A DNA stretch of 63,698 nucleotides, filler included, from Octopus bimaculoides (Eukaryota): the NCBI RefSeq assembly GCF_001194135.2. It is 5 parts of 5 records of this genome, joined end to end, with 100 filler letters (N's around TTAATTAATTAA, not from the genome) between each part and the next. Parts side by side here need not be neighbours in the genome. Positions count along the whole stretch, not along the records: positions 47,726 to 55,391 come from NC_069010.1; positions 55,492 to 60,278 come from NC_068986.1; positions 60,379 to 63,698 come from NC_068996.1; 2 more parts are not named here. One strand, written 5' to 3'. A model generated the notes under the pieces. That model worked only from the letters and a program-made list of their open reading frames with translations, made no database searches and was not told the origin of the DNA. This document shows, in pieces, positions 52,471 to 63,145 of the stretch; the first letter of the stretch is position 1, and each line of letters begins with the position of its first letter. The position numbers were made by a program, and so were the translations under genes.

Positions 52471-52925
52471 AAAAACAAGACAGAATCCTTAAAATTTGAA
52501 ATTGCAAGAATTTGGAGTATGGAAACAATAAAGGTGGTGCCTATAATAATTGGTGCGTTGGGAACTGTAAGCCAAGATATAGACAAATGGCTGAAGGAGA
52601 TTGGATTCGAATGCTCGGCAGAGCTCCTACAGAAAGTTTGTCTCTTAGTCACGTACATATGCAAGTGTGTATCTAATGAATACCTGTATGAACACACTCA
52701 CACACATATAGGTACACGATGTATGCATATATGTATTTGTTTGTAGCTATATGTATTGATGTATCTTTATACATATGTATGTTTATATGTGTATACACGT
52801 TTGTGCTAAGCACTTGAAAGACTGCTGAAAACCTGTGGATGCCTAAGGTTACGGGTAGTAACCAGCTACCCACGTAAATCCTATCAGGAATTAGACCAAA
52901 CCCGAGCCAAACCAAAATAGTAAAT
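52471..52925 (+). pseudogene. R4/Dong-clade (restriction-like endonuclease) LINE 3' end, copy 1, interrupted by low-complexity DNA
   Basis: LKFEIARIWSMETIKVVPIIIGALGTVSQDIDKWLKEIGFECSAELLQKVCLL, resuming at about 52803 with GTGCTAAGCACTTGAAAGAC, a 3' UTR and an AAT-rich end; the VVPIxIGALG...QKxxLLGT motif is typical of Dong/Rex6 C-termini. Confidence 0.8.
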
Positions 52926-52928
52926 AAT

Positions 52929-53185
52929 GTGCCTATAATAAATGGTGCATTGGGAACTGTGAGTAAAGATATAGAGAAATGGTTGAAGGAGATTGGAATA
53001 GAATGCTCAGTAGAACTTCTATACAGAAAGTTTGCCTCTTAGGGACAGGAAAGATTATCAGAAGGGTCCTAAGCACTTGAAAGACAATTGAAAGCTTGTG
53101 GATACCTACAGTTACAGGGAGTAACCCACTACCCACAAATTCTACCAGGAATAAGAACAAACCCAAGTCAAATAATAATAATAGT
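52929..53185 (+). pseudogene. R4/Dong-clade LINE 3' end, copy 2, with (AAT)n tail
   Basis: VPIINGALGTVSKDIEKWLKEIGIECSVELL/QKVCLLGTGKIIRRVLST* (stop at 53078-53080), then a 3' UTR and AATAATAATAAT. Confidence 0.82.
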
Positions 53186-53354
53186 AGGAGCAGGAGTAGC
53201 TGTGTGGTTAAGTAGCTTGCTTACCAACCACATGGTTCCGGGTTCATTCCCACTGCATGGCACCTTGAGCAAGTGTCTTCTACTATAGTCTCTGGCCAAC
53301 CAAAGCCTTGTGAGTGGATTTGGCAGACAGAAACTGAAAGAAGCCTGTCGTATA

Positions 53355-53419
<65 letters not shown>

Positions 53420-53512
53420 TTGTGTGTCTGTGTTTGTCCCCGCAACATCGCTTGACAACCGATGCTGGTGTGTTTACGTCCCCGTAACTTAGCGGTTCGG
53501 TAAAAGAGAACC
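53186..53512 (+). mobile_element. Family A SINE inserted at the LINE (AAT)n tail, runs into gap
   Basis: AGGAGCAGGAGTAGCTGTGTGGTTAAGTAGC head, internal (TA)n(TG)n. Confidence 0.9.
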
Positions 53513-54554
53513 NNNNNNNNNNNNNNNNNNNNNNNNNNNNNNNNNNNNNNNNNNNNNNNNNNNNNNNNNNNNNNNNNNNNNNNNNNNNNNNNNNNNNNNN
53601 NNNNNNNNNNNNNNNNNNNNNNNNNNNNNNNNNNNNNNNNNNNNNNNNNNNNNNNNNNNNNNNNNNNNNNNNNNNNNNNNNNNNNNNNNNNNNNNNNNNN
53701 NNNNNNNNNNNNNNNNNNNNNNNNNNNNNNNNNNNNNNNNNNNNNNNNNNNNNNNNNNNNNNNNNNNNNNNNNNNNNNNNNNNNNNNNNNNNNNNNNNNN
53801 NNNNNNNNNNNNNNNNNNNNNNNNNNNNNNNNNNNNNNNNNNNNNNNNNNNNNNNNNNNNNNNNNNNNNNNNNNNNNNNNNNNNNNNNNNNNNNNNNNNN
53901 NNNNNNNNNNNNNNNNNNNNNNNNNNNNNNNNNNNNNNNNNNNNNNNNNNNNNNNNNNNNNNNNNNNNNNNNNNNNNNNNNNNNNNNNNNNNNNNNNNNN
54001 NNNNNNNNNNNNNNNNNNNNNNNNNNNNNNNNNNNNNNNNNNNNNNNNNNNNNNNNNNNNNNNNNNNNNNNNNNNNNNNNNNNNNNNNNNNNNNNNNNNN
54101 NNNNNNNNNNNNNNNNNNNNNNNNNNNNNNNNNNNNNNNNNNNNNNNNNNNNNNNNNNNNNNNNNNNNNNNNNNNNNNNNNNNNNNNNNNNNNNNNNNNN
54201 NNNNNNNNNNNNNNNNNNNNNNNNNNNNNNNNNNNNNNNNNNNNNNNNNNNNNNNNNNNNNNNNNNNNNNNNNNNNNNNNNNNNNNNNNNNNNNNNNNNN
54301 NNNNNNNNNNNNNNNNNNNNNNNNNNNNNNNNNNNNNNNNNNNNNNNNNNNNNNNNNNNNNNNNNNNNNNNNNNNNNNNNNNNNNNNNNNNNNNNNNNNN
54401 NNNNNNNNNNNNNNNNNNNNNNNNAAAAAAAAAAAAAAAAAAAAAAAAAAGAAAGAAAAAAATACAGGAAAAGAATGCTTCTATTATAACGTTTTTAATT
54501 TTTAATGCAACGCATTGTATCAGCAAACACATAAACACATGAATTATTGACAAA

Positions 54555-54578
54555 CTGCATAATAATAATAACAATAAC

Positions 54579-54616
<38 letters not shown>

Positions 54617-54877
54617 TAATAATAATAACGATGATGATGACAATGACAAACTATAATGATGGTATAGTGTTTTTCTATTTCGCTAAGCGCAACAGCAGCC
54701 CCTGCAGCAACGGCAGCGGCAGCAGTAGTATTAGTAGTAGCAGTAGCACCACCACAACAATGGCTTCTGCTGCTGCTGCCGCTGCTGCCGCTACAGCGTT
54801 TAATCATTAAAGAGACAGTCTGTTGTTTTCTAATTCACACACAGAAAAAATTTCCTACACAGTATTAGTAGTAGCAA

Positions 54878-54939
<62 letters not shown>

Positions 54940-54970
54940 AGTAGTAGTGGTAGTAGCAGCAGCAGTAGTG

Positions 54971-55013
<43 letters not shown>

Positions 55014-55038
55014 GAGTAGTAGTAGTAGCAGCAGTAGC

Positions 55039-55075
<37 letters not shown>

Positions 55076-55076
55076 A

Positions 55077-55114
<38 letters not shown>

Positions 55115-55198
55115 AGTAGTAGTAGTAGTGGCAGCAGCAGTAGTGGTAGTAGTAGTAGTAGTAGTGGTGGTAGTAGTAGTAGTAGCAGCAGCAGTAGC

Positions 55199-55229
<31 letters not shown>

Positions 55230-55234
55230 ATAGT

Positions 55235-55266
<32 letters not shown>

Positions 55267-55271
55267 ATAGT

Positions 55272-55326
<55 letters not shown>

Positions 55327-55330
55327 TGTT
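54555..55330 (+). repeat. Compound trinucleotide field (AAT, GAT, CAG, AGT)
   Basis: Read directly; source of the poly-I/V/S/L ORFs. Confidence 0.95.
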
Positions 55331-55391
55331 GCTGTTTAGCCCCCAAGTTAGTTCTGATCAGAGACATTCCAGCCACGATCATCCAGCATGT

Positions 55392-55491
55392 NNNNNNNNN
55401 NNNNNNNNNNNNNNNNNNNNNNNNNNNNNNNNNNNTTAATTAATTAANNNNNNNNNNNNNNNNNNNNNNNNNNNNNNNNNNNNNNNNNNNN
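55392..55491. other. Artificial scaffold linker N44-TTAATTAATTAA-N44
   Basis: 12-mer at 55436-55447. Confidence 0.95.
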
Positions 55492-55551
<60 letters not shown>

Positions 55552-55623
55552 CATTATTATATATACATCTCTCTCTTTTTCTCTATCTCCCCCTCTCTCT
55601 CTCTATATATATACACATCTATC

Positions 55624-55679
<56 letters not shown>

Positions 55680-55711
55680 CATCTATCTATCTATCTAGGA
55701 TGATGATTATT

Positions 55712-56020
55712 CCTGGCCTAGTGGTTAGCTTGTTGTACGATCGCGACATCTCGGTTTCAATTCCTAGACCGGGTGGTTCGTTGTGCTCTTGAACAAAACT
55801 CTTCGTCTCACGATTCTCTGTGATCACTTCGACATCTGACGCGCGGCAGACCGTACACCTGTTTCAGACAACGTCGAATTGATGGAGAGAGAGAGAGAGA
55901 GAGTGAGCTAACGTACATTACATACGTTTGGTCACTATAATTGATCACTATAAACGAATTATTAGTGCAGGTCGTTTGGCAAAACCTGAACCATTATACG
56001 TCGTCTTCGACTGGAGGACC
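55712..56020 (+). mobile_element. Old tRNA-derived SINE (head related to family D)
   Basis: GGCCTAGTGGTTAGC...GGTTTCAATTCCTAGACCGGG...GTGCTCTTGAACAAAAC; its 3' part resembles about 8870-8925. Confidence 0.6.
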
Positions 56021-56039
56021 AATCATGTACATATGTTTC

Positions 56040-56344
56040 TGTGGGAACGCAAGAGCCTTAGGTTTTCGTTCTAAGATCTAATATAAATTGCGACTCTGTC
56101 TGAGAATCTGAGAGACTGAGACATTCTTGAATAAGAAGAACAGAATGGAGTAAGTGGAGCAAGAACACACACACACGAAAACGAAAAGTGTCGCTGAAGA
56201 GGTCGCAGACGTGTGACGAGAGGTTTCCGGACAATGGACACGAGTTAAAGCAATAAAATAAGAACAATGATAAACTGGTGAAGAACGATTGTATAGTGCG
56301 TGTGTTTATTTGGTAAAAATAAATGACCGTCCCGAAATACGACA
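56040..56344 (+). mobile_element. Probable solo LTR
   Basis: TG...CA termini (TGTGGGAACG...AATACGACA), a TATA-like AATATAAAT and AATAAA signals; a homologous reverse-orientation piece at 60647-60835; TSD not clean. Confidence 0.5.
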
Positions 56345-56394
56345 ATATCAGTTTCAATACACGATTTCTTTATCACCCTCCTCACCAGCATTCC

Positions 56395-56701
56395 AGCCAT
56401 CACCACCACACCACTATCATCATCATCATCATCATCAGTGGCATCAGCATCAGCATCATCATCATCAGCAGCAGCAGCAGCACCATCACCACCACTACCA
56501 CTGCCGTCATCATCCACCTCCACCATCGTCGTCGTCGTCGTCTTCGTCATGGTCTTCGTCGTCTTCATCGTCGACATCGTCACCGTCACCATTCCCACAA
56601 ACAACCCTGCCTCTTCCTCCTCCTTCTTATCATCTTCAAACATCACCACCACCACCACCATCATGAACATTGCCGCCGTCACCACTGCCACACTCTTTCT
56701 C

Positions 56702-56744
<43 letters not shown>

Positions 56745-56950
56745 GTCGTCATCATCGTCGTCGTCGTCGTCATCATCATCATCATCATCATCATCATCAG
56801 CATCATCATCATCGTCGTCATCGTCATCGTCATCATCATCATCATCATCATCGTCGTCATCATCATCATCGTCATCATCCTCATCATCGTCATCGTCATC
56901 ATCATCATCGTCATCGTCATCATCATCATCATCATCATCATCGTCATCAT
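56395..56950 (+). repeat. (CAT)n/(CGT)n trinucleotide field
   Basis: Read directly; explains the poly-H/S/I/M ORFs. Confidence 0.95.
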
Positions 56951-57653
56951 TTTATCCTCTTATCTCTTCGTTCTTCACTTTGTATTATCTTCAACGAGTT
57001 TGTCTTTTTTCTTATTTATGTTTTTGCTCTGTTATTATTGTTTCTTAAGAACGATACTTTTTGGCAAAGACATCAATCACTCACACACACACACACACAC
57101 TGGGTACGTTTGTATTCGCGCGAATGAACGTCTGGTCTAATTTACTGCAAAAACTCACAGACAGGCATTAAGTGAAGAAGTGCAAGTGTTGAAAGACTAG
57201 AAAATTTCATTGTCTGCACGCATACGTACACACAGACAGATATGCACACACGTGCACACACACACACACACAGACACACACGCACACACATACGTACACA
57301 CACATACAAACGCGAGCGCACGCACGCGTGAATATGTGTACGTACATTTGTATGTATGTATGTATGTATGTATGCGTGTATGTATGCATGCATGCATGTA
57401 TGTATGTATACATGTATGTATGCATGTATGTATGTATCTATCAGTCTTCTGTTTCTCACATCACTTTTTCTCTGTCTCTCTCTTCCCTCTCTCTTCCCTC
57501 TCTCTCCCCCCTCTCTCTCCCTCTTTCTCCCCATCTCTCCTCTCTCTGTGTGTATATATTTATACACGCACACATATATAAATATACATACATACATGCA
57601 TATATATATATATGTATAAATATTTTATTTCACGCACGCGCACTCGCACACGC

Positions 57654-57693
<40 letters not shown>

Positions 57694-58330
57694 NNNNNNN
57701 NNNNNNNNNNNNNNNNNNNNNNNNNNNNNNNNNNNNNNNNNNNNNNNNNNNNNNNNNNNNNNNNNNNNNNNNNNNNNNNNNNNNNNNNNNNNNNNNNNNN
57801 NNNNNNNNNNNNNNNNNNNNNNNNNNNNNNNNNNNNNNNNNNNNNNNNNNNNNNNNNNNNNNNNNNNNNNNNNNNNNNNNNNNNNNNNNNNNNNNNNNNN
57901 NNNNNNNNNNNNNNNNNNNNNNNNNNNNNNNNNNNNNNNNNNNNNNNNNNNNNNNNNNNNNNNNNNNNNNNNNNNNNNNNNNNNNNNNNNNNNNNNNNNN
58001 NNNNNNNNNNNNNNNNNNNNNNNNNNNNNNNNNNNNNNNNNNNNNNNNNNNNNNNNNNNNNNNNNNNNNNNNNNNNNNNNNNNNNNNNNNNNNNNNNNNN
58101 NNNNNNNNNNNNNNNNNNNNNNNNNNNNNNNNNNNNNNNNNNNNNNNNNNNNNNNNNNNNNNNNNNNNNNNNNNNNNNNNNNNNNNNNNNNNNNNNNNNN
58201 NNNNNNNNNNNNNNNNNNNNNNNNNNNNNNNNNNNNNNNNNNNNNNNNNNNNNNNNNNNNNNNNNNNNNNNNNNNNNNNNNNNNNNNNNNNNNNNNNNNN
58301 NNNNNNNNNNNNNNNNNNNNNNNNNNNNNN

Positions 58331-58406
58331 TTCCCGAGCGTTATACTAATACATCTATTTGTTTTCTACACCACCTGTCTTCGTCTGTTTTTTTTTTGTG
58401 AATTCT

Positions 58407-58410
<4 letters not shown>
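58331..58410 (+). mobile_element. 3' end of the short Penelope-type element, abutting (TA)n
   Basis: TTCCCGAGCGTTATACTAATACATC...CACCACCTGTCTTCGTCTG...TTCTCCC matches 29750-29830. Confidence 0.75.
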
Positions 58411-58445
<35 letters not shown>

Positions 58446-58651
58446 CGCCGTTAGAAGGCTTGATGCGGTCGAATTGTCTGAGGTAAAATCTCTTCATAGA
58501 CTTGATGTGCTTAGAAATACAGATGCACCGGAGCGGGACGAACATCGAGACTGCAGTGAGCTGCGAAAACGGTAGCTTGTTAATGCCGTGCATCCGACTG
58601 TTGCCTGCTTAGACGAAAATTGAGAAAGAGCCGGTATTCTTCTGTCTGTCC

Positions 58652-58688
<37 letters not shown>

Positions 58689-58733
58689 CCCACCTACTTA
58701 CTTATCTACCTACGTACTTATCTACCTACCTAC

Positions 58734-58781
<48 letters not shown>

Positions 58782-59063
58782 ATATCTATACATACATACA
58801 TACATACATACATACATGCATACATACATACACTCATATATACACACCAACTCACACACACGCACATATGTCTACGTATATATCATATAAATCGCCTCTC
58901 GGTATTTAAAGAGTGAAAGTCGTCTAACTTAACTAACCTAGAAAAACGAGTTGAAAATATTCCCATCACTTCAATAACGCAAGTTTATTTTTCTCTTCTA
59001 TATGACCACGTCCGCATTATTCTTCCCGTACGTTGCGATTATTCAATATTAATCCTTACGTAC

Positions 59064-59697
59064 AGGCGGCGAGCTGGCAGAAACGTTAGCACGCCGGGCG
59101 AAATGCTTAGCGGTATTTCGTCTGCCGTTACGTTCTGAGTTCAAATTCCGCCGAGGTCGACTTTGCCTTTCATCCTTTCGGGGTCGATAAATTAAGTACC
59201 AGTTACGCACTGGGGTCGATGTAATCGACTTAATCCCTTTGTCTGTCCTTGTTTGTCCCCTCTATGTGTAGCCCCTTGTGGGCAATAACGAAATAGGTAT
59301 TTCACCTGTCTTTACATTCTGAATTCAAATTCTGCTGAGGTAGACTTTGCCTTTCATCATTTCGGGGTCGATAAATTAAGTACCAGTTGCGTACTGGGGT
59401 CGATCTCATCGACTGGCCCCCTCCCCCCAAATTTCGTGTCTTATGCCTAGAGAAGAAAAAAATATTAATCCACACGTACAGGCGGTGAGCTGGCAGAAAC
59501 GTTAGCACGCCGAGCGAAATGCTTAACGGTATTTCATCTGCCGTTAGGTTTTGAGTTCAAATTCCACCGTGGTCGACTTTGCCTTTCGTCCTTTCGGGGT
59601 CGATAGATTAAGTACCAGTTGCGTACTAGGGTTGATCTAATCGACTGGCCCCCTCCCCCACAAAATTTCGGTCCTTGTGCCTAGATTAGAAAAGAAG
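59064..59697 (+). mobile_element. Head-to-tail array of three family B SINEs
   Basis: 59064-59297 (full), 59298-59462 (5'-truncated), 59480-59697 (full). Confidence 0.92.
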
Positions 59698-60278
59698 ATT
59701 AATCCTCACGTGACCGACTGCTATTGTCAGGACCTTGACTAGGCTGTCAGAATCCTGTTTCGTACAGCATCTGCTGAAAGAGCGAAAAGTCGAAGACACA
59801 TCTAGATATGTCTTCGACGCCCCGGAAATTTTGTATTTTCTGCTTGCTATATTTGAGAGTTGGTCTTCTATTTTATGTATGCCACATAGACATTTTATCA
59901 TTTACGTTTCCTAGACGAACTAAGATGTGCCCTTTAACCTTCCTTATATATGTGAGTGTGTGTGTGTATGCGCGCGTATATATATATATATATATACATA
60001 CATATATATATATAATGTATATATATATACATATTCATATACACACACACATATATATGTACACACATGCGTACTTACATGTATATATATATATAAGCAT
60101 TATCATGCACACACGCATACACACACATAAACACACACATGCCAATCTTCTAATCTGTCTTGGTAGATCAATATACATATACAAATATATTTATATATAT
60201 AAACATACATAAATATATTCATATATACATAATTCTAGCTATATGTATGCATATATGTATGTATATATATATATATAT

Positions 60279-60378
60279 NNNNNNNNNNNNNNNNNNNNNN
60301 NNNNNNNNNNNNNNNNNNNNNNTTAATTAATTAANNNNNNNNNNNNNNNNNNNNNNNNNNNNNNNNNNNNNNNNNNNN
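60279..60378. other. Artificial scaffold linker N44-TTAATTAATTAA-N44
   Basis: 12-mer at 60323-60334. Confidence 0.95.
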
Positions 60379-60394
60379 TATATATATATATATA

Positions 60395-60610
60395 TTCTCT
60401 TTTACTCTTATCTGTTTCAGTCATTTAACTGAAGCCATGCTGGAGCACCGCCTTTAGTCGAACAAAGCATCCCCAGAACTTATTCTTTATAAGTCTAGTA
60501 CTTATTTTATCGATGTATTTTGCCGAGCCGCTAAGTTACGGAGACGTAAACACACCAACATCGGTTGTCAAGCGATTGTTGGGGGACAAACACAGACACA
60601 CAAACATATA
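60395..60610 (-). mobile_element. Family A SINE, 3' half
   Basis: Matches 3223-3450. Confidence 0.85.
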
Positions 60611-60646
60611 CAAGCTACTTATCACACAGCTACTCCTATTATTATA

Positions 60647-60835
60647 TGTTATATTTCAGTATAGTCATTTATTTTTCCAAATAAACACACGCACTATGTA
60701 CTCGTTCTTCACTTCAGCTTTATTCTTATTCTTATTTTATTGTCCTTTGTCTGAAATCTTTCGTCAGACATCCTGCTACCTTTTTAGCGACTCTCCATCT
60801 CACGTGTCTCCTCCTGTCCTGTTTAGTCCATTCTG
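60647..60835 (-). mobile_element. Partial LTR-like repeat homologous to 56040-56344
   Basis: GTCATTTATTTTTCCAAATAAACACACGCACTAT...TCGTTCTTCAC matches the reverse complement of 56270-56325. Confidence 0.6.
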
Positions 60836-60979
60836 CCTTTCTGTGGTGTATATCTTTATCTGTGCATGCGTTTGCAAAGCGTGTGTGCGCGCGCGCGTCT
60901 ATGTGTTTAGTGTGTGCGTTTTGTGTGTGCGTATATGGGTTTGATCCGTGTCCTTTAGTTATTTTATTTATTTATTCAT

Positions 60980-61600
60980 TTATTTCTGTGTTTTTTTCTC
61001 ATTCTGTCTTAAGTAATATGTATGTCTTTTGGGGTGAGGAATATGTATCACAATGCTTGTATCTGTATTTTCCCCTCATACTGTCTTTAGTCATCATGTT
61101 ACGTAGAGTGGTAGGCGTGTGTTATTGTTCCATTCATTTTTTTCTTTTGTGGCTCAGTCTGTCTACGACTATGTGCGCGGCCTCTGTCTAAATTTCGTGT
61201 CTGTTCTATGTGTTGATAATACCGTAATATCTATTTTAACTGAGCCTCTAATTGAGGATGTTGGTAGAGCACTGTCGAGCTTTTCTCCTCTTTGGACTCC
61301 CACCAGTGTTTACCTATCCGCTCCCCTATGCTATGTACTGTCTTCCCAATATATGTTGTTGTCTTGTTTCTGCACAGTCCCTTAGTACACAGAATGCTAG
61401 ACTACATTCCTAATCTTACATTTAACCTGTGGGTTCATCAACATGAATGGAACAATAACACTCCTCCACCACACTACGCATCATGACGACTAAAGACAGA
61501 ATGAGGCAAAAAAAAAGACAGATACAAACAGTATAATACATAAACTCATATACACACACAAGATACACATATACTTAAGACGGAATAAGAAAAAATAAAG
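60980..61600. repeat. Long imperfect inverted repeat (~160-bp arms, ~300-bp spacer)
   Basis: 61081-61137 CTGTCTTTAGTCATCATGTTACGTAGAGTGG...TGTTATTGTTCCATTCAT pairs with 61443-61499; homology continues outward through TTGTATCTGT and TCTTAAGTA. Confidence 0.8.
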
Positions 61601-62094
61601 AAAGCTACTTTCTACAATTTCTGTTTTCACTGAACGAATGCTTATGGTTTGTTGTTTCCTTTGAATGTCCGAAACAAACCTGTTGACAACGCCTAACTGG
61701 AAACCAGCAAGGATATCGTGCGAGGCGATTTTTACATGCAAATGTCACTGACGCCCCACCACCATGTTTGACGTACTTCTCGACATAACAGTGAAATTCT
61801 GTTTGGCAGCGTAAGATTTTCTTTTCTCTTTCAGTTCAGAACGGTTTTTCTAATCGCCACTCAACGATTACCTGTTTTTCTCTTTCGCGCTTAATTATAA
61901 ACACCTTTTGTTTCTAAATTTTCTCATATCCTGACGTTGATTTTATAGCGTCTTCTCCGGTTCCTTCGATTTCCTCGGAGAACAGTGATTCTGTAATGAT
62001 GCAAGCAGTATTGTCTTTTGCATCCCTTCCTATACGAGAGATCCAGCAATTTAGTTTTCTCAACTTTGAAGCGAATTTTTCTGCTAATAAACTT

Positions 62095-62300
62095 GTAGTA
62101 TGACGTCAGCGACTGGGGAGCTGAACGGAAGGGCGAGTTGACCGGAAGAGGAAGAAGGGCAGAGGGAGCCTCGATCGGGATTTCGTGCCCTTTTCGAACG
62201 GGGTTGTGAGGAGAGGACGTGCCAAGCGATCGTCTAGGTTTGGGAAAAGCAGCTGCTATTTCTAGTGTTCTTCGGGTCGGACGAGCCACGAGGATCGGAG
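62095..62300. promoter_or_regulatory. Candidate CpG-rich promoter with CRE and ETS-like motifs
   Basis: Local rise in GC and CpG; perfect TGACGTCA at 62101-62108; ACCGGAAG at 62141-62148; splice-donor-like sites point outward on both strands (AG|GTAAGG at 62467/8 plus; CAG|GTAATC at 61872/1 minus). Motif-level evidence only. Confidence 0.4.
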
Positions 62301-62419
62301 GCGGAGACGGACTATATGTAATCTGAACCTTTCCCCCCTTATTTATTTTTTTTTACGTGGGATTCCGTAAAAAAAAAAGGGGGGGTAAAGGTTCAGATTA
62401 CATATAGTCTGTCTCCGCC
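62300..62419. mobile_element. 120-bp foldback MITE with perfect 8-bp TSD
   Basis: Arms GGCGGAGACGGACTATATGTAATCTGAACCTTT...TTTTACG and CGTAAAA...AAAGGTTCAGATTACATATAGTCTGTCTCCGCC around an 8-nt loop; GGATCGGA at 62292-62299 and 62420-62427. Confidence 0.9.
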
Positions 62420-63074
62420 GGATCGGATACCTCAGGACAGACTCGTAGTCGAGGAAAGAAAACCTAGGTAAGGCGATTACATCTACTCGCACGCATACAC
62501 CACAAAACTTTCAGCAGATGCGAGGCAATTTCATTTCCTAGTCAGTGTCTTGTCACCGCCGTGAAGTGAAAGATCTCATCACCAGTAATTCGGGACAGTC
62601 ATCATATCAAGCTACGAAATTAGAGATCCTTAGACTTACTTCTATGTCTAAACAAAAGGGTTTCATCAAGCGGTTGGTCGATACCAGAACAGAGTTATCA
62701 GCACAACATTTTTTGTTCCATCTGTAACCAATCGTTTGCATGAGAGAAGTGACTGTGCTTTTAAATGTTCATCAGTATTTTCAGAGTAGACAGATATATA
62801 CATCGGAAGAGAAGTACATAAATAAAAACATCAACACGTTGTTAAATCAAAGACAAATAACTACAGTAAATTTTCGTTGTTAGTTTTACTTTTCGATATA
62901 GAGGAGAGACAGAGAGATAGTGAGAGGGAGAGGGAGAGGAACAGAGAGAGAGCGAGATGAAAGATTATGTGTATCTGTGTGTGAGTCTGTGTGTGTGTGA
63001 GTCTGTGTGTGCGTGAGTCTGTGTGTATGTGCGTGTGTGTGTGTATGAACGTGTGACATTCTGTGTGTGCTTAC

Positions 63075-63145
<71 letters not shown>

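Noticed and set aside
56323-57140. His-, Ser-, Ile- and Met-rich ORFs suggestive of cephalopod structural proteins
   Set aside because: All frames are open because of the (CAT)n tract; there is no non-repetitive domain or splice structure.
59047-59714. Regularly spaced short direct repeats, superficially CRISPR-like
   Set aside because: The spacers are SINE copies hundreds of bases long, the repeats are TSD-like, the DNA is eukaryotic and no cas genes are present.
61924-62289. 121-aa minus-strand ORF MARPTRRTLEI...
   Set aside because: It has a GTG start, lies over a GC-rich promoter-like region where stops are rare, and shows no recognisable domain.
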